This document shows, piece by piece, positions 23,714 through 35,360 of a DNA stretch of 64,000 nucleotides. How positions within the stretch are numbered: the stretch's first letter is position 1; every line of letters begins with the position of its first letter. Location of the stretch: contig OX337229.1 of the NCBI GenBank assembly GCA_946965045.2, forward strand, positions 1,798,001 through 1,862,000, in the 5' to 3' direction. The stretch is from Epithemia pelagica. Its lineage: Eukaryota > Protista > Bacillariophyta. The position numbers and the translations under genes are program-made. Below the pieces are notes generated by a model that saw only the letters and a program-made list of their open reading frames with translations, ran no database searches and was not told where the DNA came from.

Positions 23714-26700
23714 ATGAGTGTCCCCACGTCAAGGTTGGCTGGGAAGCGGCCTCGTCAGGATATGGAAGAAGAAAAAGAAGATCAAGAAAGAGTCTATGTC
23801 GAAGAAAAGCAGAAGAAAAAGATTTCTATTATTGATGATAAGTTAGAAAGAGATGATGTCTCTACAACGGTTTCTTCGGAACAAGGAGTGTTGGAGAGGA
23901 AAGAAATGGAATTGCCGGTAGGTTTTAGGGCACTGTCCATCGGTTTAATCTGCCATTCTACCCCTTTTTGGTTTTGGGCCTCTTCCACCTTGGGATCGGT
24001 GGTTTGGATTGATCGGGAAAATGTCAACGGTTGGGCGAGTCAAGGGTTCTCAATGGTTGATCATCTTCTGCTGCCACCAAGAGCAAAGCACCAATCCAGG
24101 AAACGGAGTGCTACGGGAAAGCAAAAGCATCCGCCGCCTCCGAGGGATGATTGCTGGGACAATGTCGATGTAGTGTTGTTTGACGAGCTTGCTCCAGGCC
24201 CAGCCCATAATGTATGGAAGGGTAAAAGGATTCGCTTTGTTGTTTGGTGGAGGAGTCGCAAAGCAAGCGGTCCTCCAAGGGATGATCCAGCTTGGTCGGT
24301 CTCAAAGCTGAGAATGGAGCACGCCATTTTGGGAGGTGTCACTACCCGCGTGGATTGGATATTTGTGGCAGTTCGAGACTCACGGGCCGAAGACTCAACA
24401 CAAGTAGCTTTTGCAAATTGGTGGACCGGGGCTATCGAAGAAGGTTTACGCTCCACCACGGTCAAGGGAATTGTGAAGCCAACAGAACATGGAAGACCGA
24501 AATCAAGGCATGCCTGTAAAGAAGAAGATTTATTGTGCAACCGAAAGATGAATTGGAATCAAGACATCGACCGTCTGCACGTTTTGCCAAGTGTCTTTTC
24601 CCCCACTGGATTGGTGGCTCGTCGTTTGGTGGGCAAAGAACTGGCACTGGCATTGGACTTTCCTTCGGATCTTTCTTCGTTGATAGAAGATGAGCAAACG
24701 CTGATGAGTTTGTTAAAAGGAGGGGGCCCCCCATTCAAAACACGAATTCAAGTTGCCCGACTGCTTAGAGACTTTAAGCATCTGCATCATGGCTCCGTTC
24801 ACTTAGATCCATCTGCAAAGGGAAGGACTTGTAACGAGATTCATCACTCGGATCTCAAAGGCGCTCCGGGAATGAAGGGAGACGATGAAGATTGTTTACC
24901 TGATGACATGGAAGTCTTAACACACAACGAGTTGTTCCAAGAAGAAAGATCAGAGGACCGAAACCTCAAGGCAACAAAAGCCGATGACGCTGAAATCCCC
25001 TATTACCTTTGGAATGATAGGATTCTGGAGCATTTTGAATTGACGTCAGAACGGGACAAAGCAAGGGGTTTGCATGCCCTCGATTGGATTCGACACGGAG
25101 CGCTACGCTTCTGGAAGCGGAGTGTATCCCAAAGCTTCTGGAAATGGTGGAAAAAATCCAAAGACAAGTTAGATGTGAAAGCGAGGGAAAACTCAGTCTC
25201 ATCAGGACTTAGCGCACTGCGTCATTCTGCCCTGGCGTCCTGGTGGGATTGGGACGAGGGCTCATCACCCTTTTTCTGGCGGATGACGGATCCTGATTGG
25301 TTAGTTGACATGAGAGATGGGGTGAAACCAATGTGGATTGGTCCACCACCAAAATACCGAAAAGCTCAACGCCCCAATTCCGATCCGAATCATCTGGCCC
25401 TAGAAAAGAAAAAGATTGGAAAAGTGAGACGACGTGGGTACATCGGGCCAACGAAAGGTATAAGATCGTTAACAAGCTTTTTCTCTGTGCCAAAAGGGCC
25501 CACGGACATCCGCATGGTCTATGATGGCACAAAGAGTGGGTTGAACGACTCACTGCTGGCACCATGGTTCGGTCTAGCCACAGTTGATTTGATGCTACGT
25601 ACAGTTTGTGAGGGAACCTGGTCAGGTGACAACGACTTTGGCGAAATGTTCTTAAATTTCTGGATCCATCCAGAAATTAGAGCATATACCGGGGTTGACT
25701 TGACGACTCTTTTCCCGGAAGAATTAGAAGGAGAAGGCGGTGAGAAGAAATTTCTCTGGGAAGCATGGACACGTTGTGCCATGGGAGTTACCGTATCTCC
25801 GTATCAAACAACGCAATGTACACAGCGAGTAAAGCGAATTGTGTTTGGTTGTCGGTTCAGTAAGTCCAATGTGTTTCGGTGGGTGGAAGTCAAACTCAAC
25901 TTGCCTGGCAATGAAGATTACGACCCTTCCAAACCTTGGATTTGTAAGGTTAGAGAGGACGGCCAAATAGCTGTCGATGTGCACTCGTACGTGGATGACC
26001 TACGCGGTACCGCTCCAACGAAGGAAGAAGCATGGCAAGCATCAAGCGCCATGGCAAAAGGTTCCGCGTTCTTCGGGTTGCAAGATGCCGCAAGAAAACG
26101 ACGGCCTCCAAGCCAGAGTCCTGGAGCCTGGGCAGGTGCAGTCGTAGAAACCACAGGAACAGAGGTACTCAAGACTGTGTCACAAGAGCGATGGGACAAG
26201 ACAAGAAAACACGTGGCAACGTTGAGCAAGTGGGCATCGAGTGACTCACCGATTAATAGGAGGGACCTCGAGAGGATTCGAGGATTTCTTGTCTATGTCT
26301 CGCTCACTTTCAAGTCTCTAGTCCCTTATCTGAAAGGGATCCAAAAGGGATCCACTTGACGCTAGAAAGTTGGCGTCCGGATCGCGATTCGGAAGGGTGG
26401 CGATTACCGAGAAAAGAGAGAATGAAAGTACAAGAGGAAAATGATGAGTGTGTTGATGAAATCACGGCCCCAGTATCAGTACGCCAACTCCCAAGGTTCA
26501 AATCCGATGTCCGTGCAATGAAAGAGCTCACTGATTTCGAGAATCCGCCAAAACTCCTAGCACGACCAAGGAAAGGAGCTAAAGCGGTGATTATCTTTGG
26601 GGATGCATCCGGCGAAGGGTTTGGTTCATCCTTGTGAGTTTACGGAGAGAAGTCTGTGGGAACGGAACACGGGCTTTGGACGAGGGAGTATGGTTCTCGG

Positions 26701-27537
26701 TCCTCCAATTTCCGAGAACTTTACAACCTCATCCTCAGGTTGGAATCGTTGATACAAGGAAACCAACTGGACCATGGCGCGGAAGTGTTCATGTTTACCG
26801 ACAACGCAACTTTGGAGGCACCTTTCTATTGCGGAACTTTCTCGTCGTATTTGTTGTTTGAGCTGGTGTTACGAGCGAGAAAGTTGGAAATGGCGGGACG
26901 GATCTTCTTGCGGGTTGTATGGGTTGCAGGAACCCGAATGATTGCGCAGGGCACCGACGGTTTATCACGTGGAGACCTCCTCACTGGAGTTATGGCAGGA
27001 GGCTCAATGCTCCTATATGTACCACTCAATAAGACGAGTGAAGAAAGACAACCGGGAGCAGTCCAATGGTTGAAAGAGAATTGCGATGGACGTTTCTGGC
27101 AGGATGCATCTCCAGAGGATTGGTTTGATGGAGTTTTCGGGAAAGGAAATTTTGTCTGGACCCCACCCCCATGCATTGCAGACGTTGCAGTTGACCAGCT
27201 ATGCGATTCGACACACATTCGTCCCGAGAACGGCCACATTTTTGTTTGCCCTGCGATCATGACTTATCTCTGGCGCAAAAAGCTGGGCAAAGTGGCGGAT
27301 TTTGTTTTTAAAGTGCCTGCGGGTTGTAACATTTGGTCTCAGTCTCAACACGAACCTTTGATTGTTGCATTTGTTCTTCCCCATTTGTTTCGCAGACCCT
27401 GGCAAGTCAAGCGGGCCCGAAAGTTACTGGATGACGTGCAAGGCAACCTGCGTGAAATGTGGGCATCCAGTTCTACCGCTGATGGGAGTGGTCTGCGCCA
27501 ACTATGGGCATACCAGGGATACCAGTCAAGTCTGTAG
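23714..27537 (+). pseudogene. pol-like ORF: N-terminal extra domain + reverse transcriptase + RNase H + C-terminal PPP-motif region
   Basis: RT: FFSVPKG..DIRMVYDG, DFGEMFLNF, YVDDLRG. RNase H: GDASGEGFG, SSNFRELYNL, FMFTDN, WVAGTRMIAQGTDGLSRG. Frameshift near 26345 and in-frame TGA at 26635. Confidence 0.88.
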
Positions 27538-28902
27538 AGGCGCTTGGCATGCAAAATGTTATCACCAGCACGAGAAGGACAACTTCCCCGTGTTGGAAGC
27601 AGGAGATCTGGATGATGCATTAATGGACAGCGAGGGTCATGGAGAATTGGAGGATGATCCGCTGAGGTTCAAAGAAGCTCGAGACGGCAACCACTATTTG
27701 TGTCCTTTTCAATGTGACCTTTGCTCCTTCTTCAACCTTAAGGGGCGCTATCCGCGAGAGCATTCAGAACAGGACAAGCTTTTGGCGGTCTGCATTCGGC
27801 GATCCAATCTAGATGCATTTTGGTCTCGCGAGAGATCGACAGTCGACAAAAACCTGCGAGAATTGAGAGGACTCAAGACTCTCGCTGATACCATTGGGTT
27901 AAAACATCCGCTCCCGAATCGAGGCCCATTTCCAATTGGCGATTTCAGCGGTCTCGGACCAGCATGTTTGATGCTAATGAAAACCCTCAAGGAGGGCAAA
28001 AACTCAAAAAATATTCAGTACGAGACGGCACGGAAGGTCCGTTCAACGATCGGGAACTTCATGCATACGCTGCCAGGAGGGACAGGCCTGTCTACCATGG
28101 GATCGGGAGACCGAAGCGCCCTCATGTTCACGGCGAGTCCAACCAACTATTACTGGTACAAGCGCTTCCTCAGCGGGTGCCATAGAAGAATGGGAGACGT
28201 TTGGATTCCAGACCGGGCGATGGCTCTGGAAGAAATCCATGAGGGACTCGCTATCTTGGAACAGGAATGGAAGTCCGCGGCGCAAGGACAGAGGCGTTTG
28301 GAGATTGCTCTTACTGGAGCATTGGTAGTCATCGGTTTTTGCGCGGCTTTGAGAGGGGAAGAAATCCCTCTGGTGGACGTTGGATAAATGCGCAAGTACT
28401 GCCTCTTGCTATGGCGGGACGCTTTAAGCAAACAAATGGCGCTTTCAAGATTTACATCCAACCGTTGGCGGATGTCACTTCTTCTGGGATACAGACCCAA
28501 ACTTGGATCGAACGAGCTTTGCGCGAATTGAATGCGAGGAAGGTTGTCTCAGGGCCCATGTTCAGAAGAATAACAAAGGCTGAGAAAGTCCAAAGGGCGT
28601 TGATTGGTGATTTAAATGTGATGGTACACGGCCTATGGAAACGTATTCAGCACAGGCGTCCGGATATCATCCCCGACTCGATAAAGATCGAAGACGATTA
28701 TAGCGCAAGACGATCCTTCAGACGAGGAGCGACAACGGAGGCACAGAACAGAAAGATACCCTAGGAAGTCATTGAGGCAAACAATCGGTGGCGAAAGCAT
28801 CTCCGAAATAAGGGTGTTCTGCCAGGGATGAGCATGTTGGAGAGGTACTCAGATGCCAAGGCATCGGTAGAAGCACTGGTGCGATTTTCTGAAGCATTGT
28901 GA
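27431..28902 (+). pseudogene. tyrosine recombinase with N-terminal Cys/His region
   Basis: MTCKATCVKCGHP...CRGAWHAKCY; catalytic ALRGEE, RRSFRRGATT, RW...ERYS. Broken by a stop/deletion near 28385 and TAG at 28762. Confidence 0.82.
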
Positions 28903-28989
28903 AGATAGAACAAAGAGGAATGGGTAAATGAGAAGGACAAGCATCAACGAGAAGCGGCAAGGATGCAAGATGGAATAAAGCAAGGGAAG

Positions 28990-29340
28990 CTTACCGAAAT
29001 GGGGAATTGTTCTCGTTTTGATCTCTTAATGAGATCAGGCCAGATCGCTTGTCGTTGCCAGCTTGCCTACTTTAATCTTGTGGACGCCCAGCAGACGTGG
29101 ACCAGAGGTTGGCACCTCGGTGGAACACGGCATAGCACTTGCGAAGATATTTCGGGGTGCTATGGCTCAGCAATGGGCCTGTATATGGGACTGTCTATGG
29201 GGGAAAGGTACACTCGCGCGTAACGGACTGAAAGCTGTGGGATCCGAGTCCCGCAGCATCAGGAGCGAATCACGATTCACGCCCGCCTTACTTGGGAAAG
29301 GATGGGTGGGGGGCCTTCCCCCCCAGAGTATGGTAATATT
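28990..29340 (+). ncRNA. candidate structured cis-RNA in the YR-element 3' region
   Basis: Hairpins GATCTC-TTAAT-GAGATC (29020-29036), CATAGCAC..GTGCTATG (29131-29164), GCTGTGGGAT-CCGA-GTCCCGCAGC (29234-29257, two G-U pairs) and G6/C7 (29308-29324). Confidence 0.4.
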
Positions 29341-29454
29341 GTAACTACTATGTTATTTGTGTGAACGGATGCGTTAGAAGCTGTGGCCGACTCGTGAGAA
29401 GTGAAGAGCGAGGAACAAGTACCCAACGGACGAAACCAAAACAAAGGATCGATA

Positions 29455-30271
29455 TTAACGCCATTCGTAAGGAACGCGCTTTAAGGCCTTTCGAGCAGTG
29501 GATTTACTACTCGGATAAATTTTATGGGAGTAGTTAAAATGCTCGAATTTAATGCTCCGGCCTTAACACGCTTTGAAGACAGTCCGTTTTAACTTCGAGT
29601 ACAAATTTATTGATAGTGAGAATTTTTTGTCATCTTAGTCGCTCTTTTTTAACTTGAGCGACCACCTGCGAGGACCATGAGAGACAATGAGGACGGACCA
29701 TGAAAATGGCATGGATCATCTTCCAGTGAGGCCAAGCCAGGTGAGAATGGATGAAATAAAGCCATATGATCAAGACAGATGGTGTGTGGTGGCCAAAGTT
29801 GACGAAGGAAAGATGCAATGTGTCGAAAAAGGGTCAATGGGATGAACCTGGAAAAACACGGTCCGAGAGAGAGAAGTGGCAAATGCTCGACAGAGGCATT
29901 TGCAAATAACATGTAAAGGCACAGTCCTATAGTTCATGTTATTTTACACCAGAATGGAAGGTCTTGGCATTTGTTATTGGCTATTGACTGTGTCCGTAGC
30001 ATTCAAAGTTGGGCCATGGTCGATGGATTCAAAAAATCATGAAAATTGCTGAAATTTTGACGGCCAAAACGACGGTGATCATGTGAAAATTAGTGTAGAC
30101 TATCATATATCAATGTGTTCAGAATTTCAAGTTCTACCAGAAGCAAGCTATAAGAAACCCAACAGATTGAAATTGACATAGATAGGACGACTTGAAATTA
30201 TGGGAGTAGTGTATTTACTACTCGAATTTATCGGAGTAGTGTATTTACTACTCGATTACGAATGGCGTTAA
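29455..30271. mobile_element. MITE-like non-autonomous DNA transposon (817 bp)
   Basis: Perfect 16-bp TIR TTAACGCCATTCGTAA, flanked by TA on both sides (alternatively a TTAA TSD with a CGCC start); subterminal GAGTAGT..ACTACTC motifs. Confidence 0.85.
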
Positions 30272-30348
30272 TACAAAGTACGTATTATGATACCATAGAA
30301 TATGATTTACCATTCTCTAGTATGGAACAAGCGGGAATGTCAGAAGGT

Positions 30349-30636
30349 ATGTCGTTTGTATGTCGTTTGATGTTGTTTGATGTCGTTTGATGTCGTTTGA
30401 TGTCGTTTCGGGCTCGCGCGCAAACATGGTTTGCCTAAAATCCAGCGGTGTTTCTTCAGTTGATGGGCATACCGTTAATCAGTGACTTGTAACCTTGTGA
30501 TTTCTCTTGAAGAATTCCAACTGCTGGAGAGTACATATTCTTTTCGCGATAAAAACATCCGACATCATCCGACATCATCCGACATCCTCCGACATCCTCC
30601 GACATCATCCGACATCTACCAAATCCTCCGACATCC
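30349..30636. repeat. two 10-bp tandem arrays in opposite orientation
   Basis: (GATGTCGTTT)n at 30349-30408 and (GACATC(A/C)TCC)n at 30555-30636. Confidence 0.85.
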
Positions 30637-30668
30637 GTGACTCTGGATGTTTTCCTCATATTGAAATA

Positions 30669-32043
30669 CCCTCGGTATCAGTGTCCACTGCTTAGCTGTT
30701 TTTTGTCTGTGCGACCTTCATAGGTTCCCAAGTGGACACAGACAGGAAATTTCACTTTTCGTCTGTCCTTTTCACCAATATGATTCCTCGTGCTGGTGGA
30801 AATGCCGGCGTGCAAGTAGCCGTTGGCGGTTGGCACCTTCCTGTGACCGTGACCACGATTCAAATTTGGAATCCTTTCATACTCGTCACAAAAAATTTCA
30901 CGTGGTGTCAAAAACATCGACATTGACCATGAAACGAGCTCTTTACGAATCCTTGTGACCTGAAGCAGTATGTTGGTTGGTTTTCTCTCTTGTTACTTGT
31001 TGTTTGTCTCTTAGCTTCTTTCATGCCCTGCATAGTTTTCTCACACGTTATCTCATTTATCTTTGTCCATGTTAAAGTTGATGGTTTGTTGTCCTTTGAT
31101 TTTGTCGCAATGAAACGGAGGACAAGTCATTGTAGGCCATTTGCCACAACTTTTCCTTTGCTTTATTCGTAGTGCTGTTTGATTGTTGGTTGGTTGTCTT
31201 CATATCTTTGTAGCATGTTTTTTACACTCATCATTGTGTTTCGCCCATCCATCATCCGTGTCGACCACAGAACCTTTCGTTGAGTGGTAGATCTAGATGA
31301 CGACAACTGCAGCATCTTGTTGTCACTAGTCCTACTATAACTAGAGGAGTAGTCGTCATGGATCATAGAGTCTATCGGATATGCTGGAAGATGGCTTCTT
31401 ACCTGCTTCAGAGTGTCATGGTTGTTGAAAACAAGGAAATAATACGCTGCAATGATCTTACAAAACCTATGAAAGATGAGAACTAAACTACAGATAAAAA
31501 CTCCTCCAAAATTCAAAGAAAAGAAGCTTTATGTTGTGGTTTCCAATTTTAAGCCGAGGCTCGAATGGAGAATAGGCATTCCATAGGCACAAAACTTTCG
31601 CTCTCAAAGAAGTGGAGAGAGACAGTTGGCGAATGGAGAATATCAGAAGAGAAAAACGAATACAAGAGTGAGGGAGAAGTTAGAATGACAGTACAAGAGC
31701 TGTTGTCATGGAAACATTTTGTGCGTTCAAACTTACCTCAATTGCATGAAAGGCGACAATTCATGCCATGCCATTGTGAACTGTGATGGCCTCTGTGTGA
31801 TTTTATGGCGGATTTGGATGGCGCATTCTGCGAAGACCAACCAACCGTCATCCACGCAGGGCCGCTTGCTGGGCTTGCGTCTGTTTCATGAACTGTGAAA
31901 ACTCCAGCTGGGTATGCGCGCCAATTGCTTTTTAGCCATTTCCATTTGAGTCAAAAAGGAAATTTCCTGTCTGTGTCCACCTGGGAACCTATGAAGGTGG
32001 CACAGACAAAAAACAGCTAAGCAGTGGACACTGATACCGAGGG
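30669..32043. mobile_element. non-autonomous TIR element (~1.37 kb) with ~85-bp TIRs
   Basis: CCCTCGGTATCAGTGTCCACTGC...GGAAATTTC at the left matches the reverse complement of 31959-32043 with 2 mismatches; no clean TSD; no recognisable internal ORF. Confidence 0.85.
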
Positions 32044-32048
32044 ATCTA

Positions 32049-32891
32049 GTGTCTATTCTACCCCGGTCCTCATATGAGGACAAATCCTCATATGAGGCCA
32101 CTTTTCAACGTAGCATGTCAAATCATTCATGTACTCCTAAGTGGTTTTTAAGTTCAGATTCGTAATCTCCATACTTGAAAACGTATCCCATGATATTCTC
32201 ATGCTTTAATTGTGATGAGTAGTGACGATACAGTATCAAAAACAGAATTCATCCATGTTGGAGCGATGGTGATTTTCTAAACTGAGTGTTTGGAGGGGAT
32301 AAAACAGAAGACAATCAACCTGATGAGTGTTATTATCCCTAGTGATGATGACCAGTTGTCCTTTGCCTGATTGAGGCATCAGATTGAGAGAATTCAGCCA
32401 AAACAAGCCTCCATCACCACAGAGGAAAATTCTGAGACCGTAACAGCATTCGACACCAATACAGGGTCAAATGCAGCGTCTGAGCCTCCTGCACCCCAAC
32501 AGTTCATGTACAGGAAGCACAGACACCTTCAGGGAACCAGGAAAGTGCAGTGGGAGACTCAAATCCGCCAATGTCTGTGAAGACAGTTGAACTCCCTCGA
32601 CAAAATGGTTGGATTTGCCCTACGTAAACTGGATGGATGCATTTTCCAACACACGTAGTGTCTTGCCACATAAACATAGAACATAATGGTTGATTGTGGT
32701 CTATTACTTTTCTATTTTAGTTGTTCATTTTTTTGGTAGAACGGCAGATTCCCATGGTTGGGTTACATTTTTTGTCGATAGCTTCGTACAAAAGCTACTG
32801 TGGTCTACGTAGATATGATTTTAGTAGGATTGTCCTCATATGAGGACAAGCGCTGTCCTCATATGAGGACAAACCGGGGTAGAATAGACAC
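32049..32891. mobile_element. MITE (843 bp) with palindromic subterminal repeats
   Basis: 18-bp TIR GTGTCTATTCTACCCCGG; TA (or CTAG) duplication; GTCCTCATATGAGGAC palindrome twice near each end (one left copy partial). Confidence 0.9.
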
Positions 32892-32893
32892 TA

Positions 32894-34338
32894 GAACAAA
32901 AAGTATTGGAATTTTTAAATGATGATAGACGATCTTGGCACAACAACTTGAAAAACAAAGACCGTCATCCACCACATTTCAATATTGGGGACTTAGTCAT
33001 TGTTAGACGACAAATTAAATCCAACGCTACTGATGGCATTTCTGCCAAACTTCAACCACGACTTAAAGGACCTTACCGTGTTATTGCACAAATTTCCCAT
33101 CATCCTACCGCATTCAAAAGTTACCCTTTCTACGAGGTCTTGGACGACCAGGAAGAACCATAAAAGAAAATGCTGCAAGAATGACACGCCTCCCGTCTAC
33201 GACCATCCTTCACCGTACCCCTGATGGAGCAGATACACAATTTGGACTTCTTGAAGGAACTCGTGCTCTTCACCCATTACGGAAATGGTTAGGAGTTAAG
33301 AAACCAGGATCGTACCAACAAACTCCACATCCCACGCCATATGCTTTTACACCTATTGAATCTATGTGGTCAATCGAATTTAACAATAATGAAGTTGATG
33401 ATCTAGACGATGACCATCCAGGCCTTGCAAACGACTTTCCTCCACCGCCTCCAAACACAGACAGTGATGAAGAAGATGATGGATATGACCCACAACCACG
33501 TCAAAATAAAAATGACGGGGAATTTGTCGAAGATATTACCAGAATTGACCCACCTGTTACAAATCCTCAACACGTAGAGAAACAAGAGGAAAGTGACGAT
33601 CAAGTCCAACCAAGGGCAACAGAAAACCGACGACCGAAACGATCTGCAAGACAGCAACAAAAACATCGTGTTAAACGAATCCGTCCCAATAATGGTGGCA
33701 AAACTGAGTGGTCTGAATCCACACCCCCTCCAGCCCCGTTTCCATTGCCATCCAAAGACCTTTCTAAGATCAGTGACAGCCGGCTCATTCGACGTCTTTT
33801 TAGAGACACCGCTCAATCAAAACATAAGTTATTTCTCATTGCAGCTTCCCCAACACCTTGGGAGCCCACCACAACGGCCAAGTCAACATGGCAGCTCATA
33901 CAAGTAGATTGGGATCAGACATACACCCCTTCAGCTAAACAAAATGGCATCTTCTCCACACGACGTTTTCGAATGAATCTTGACGACGTACTCAATTGCG
34001 CACCCGTGGACTGTCGCTTTTCTCCTGAAATTTGGGAATGGATGCCTGACCAAAGAAAACATGTCCCGCGTTATGTTAAGCGAGAACGCCTTGCTCTTGC
34101 CCTACAAAAGAACCAAAACCTCAAATGGCCTCTGATACAAGTCAATCTTGCTGAAGACTTAATTGTGGGTCCATTTGACTTCTCTACAAGAAAACCCCCA
34201 GCTTATTTACAAAATGGTCCTCCTGAACCAGACCACATAGCCAACGCTCATTGGAACATATTAGAAGATTGCGCGCATGAATTCCATATTGACACTTCCA
34301 ATCTACAAACTGTTCCCCAAAAATTAACATCCAAGTGA
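32894..34338 (+). pseudogene. Ty3/gypsy-like integrase C-terminal remnant
   Basis: FNIGDLVIVRRQI...SAKLQPRLKGPYRVIA (GPY/F module); frameshifted continuation (RLPSTTILHRTPDGADTQF...). Removing the MITE restores an in-frame DLEQKVLEFL upstream. Confidence 0.7.
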
Positions 34339-34744
34339 AGGAAGCAGGCAACTATATCAATCACCATCAATCTAAGCATAGCACCTGTGTAGACCTAGAG
34401 GCGAGCCTAGTCAAGATAGAACAGGTAAAGACCCTTTGATAGAGAGCAGGCAACTCATTAGAGGCGTTGAGACGACCACGGATACTTGACGCATGCATAC
34501 ATGCAAAGAAGATTGTGGTTAATGATGTTACCTTCCATCTGATGTTAACTTCCAACTTATCCTTTCCCACGCAACGCACCCACACCATCAGTTTTCATAT
34601 ATACACCTATTTACATTATCAAAATTACATTTCCTACCTGTTTCTAAAAACTTTATACCCAAAATTATATATGTCCCTGTCAGACTAAGTATCCACGATA
34701 CCCTTGCATATTGTACCCTGCATTCTCACCCTTCTATCTTTACA

Positions 34745-35335
34745 GGCATGCCTACCTAAGGGTACTACGGAGTGCTCTGAACGCCACTAGCGAGCTTTCG
34801 GTGCATGTGGATGCTAGGCCAGCATTACTGTACCTGGATACCGGGAAGGCGTAGTCAGGGTCATACATCCATTCTTTGGATGGACTGGTTACGTCATGCC
34901 AATCTCCTGAGCTCTGAAGGCGAGGTGATTGTCCGTTGCATTTTAAGCATAAACGTGCTTTGCTTTCTTGTGTGACCTTCTGGGCAGGGCCGCCCCAACA
35001 CTAGCGGTTGGCAAGCCCTCTGTCTTCCCCTGTCGGGGGAGGAGGACTTTGTGATCCTTAAGGACTGCCGCCAGCATACCTCCTGAGCCTGACGTGGACA
35101 GGGACGGAGGGAGCAGCGTCAACGTTTTTAAGCATGCATAGAGTTCCCCAGAAGCTGTTCATTCTCCGCTCGTTTTGAAAACCTTCTTTGAAGACCCTGG
35201 ACAGTCCTCTCAGATGTGTAACAAAATAAGTTAGGGGGATGTAACGGGGATGCGGCCGAAGCATGAGGCCGGCGCGAACCACTGGATGGTGGGACTAACT
35301 AGGATTGCAGTCTTGTGACTGAGGTCCACGTCTGG
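34745..35335 (+). ncRNA. candidate ~600-nt structured cis-RNA downstream of the gypsy-like ORF
   Basis: Dense series of hairpins, several closing only with G-U pairs on the + strand; long-range 9-bp pairing 35091-35099/35324-35332. Confidence 0.4.
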
Positions 35336-35360
35336 TCTATACCAGTGGGACTGAACCTGT

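Larger units (their letters stand above)
20950..29440 (+). mobile_element. tyrosine-recombinase retrotransposon (DIRS/Ngaro-like), decayed; boundaries approximate
   Basis: Ordered gag-like ORF, RT/RNase H ORF and overlapping YR ORF on one strand. Confidence 0.85.

Noticed and set aside
20952-29430. Split direct repeats at the YR element ends
   Set aside because: Only short shared words (GTAACTAC, GTACCCAA, CGGACGAA) with different spacing; too weak to call terminal repeats.
34385-34745. Gypsy 3' LTR
   Set aside because: TG...CA candidates exist but there is no adjacent polypurine tract and no second copy to confirm.
28990-35335. Hammerhead ribozyme in the two structured tracts (28990-29340, 34745-35335)
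   Set aside because: No CTGANGA...GAAA core found on either strand by eye.
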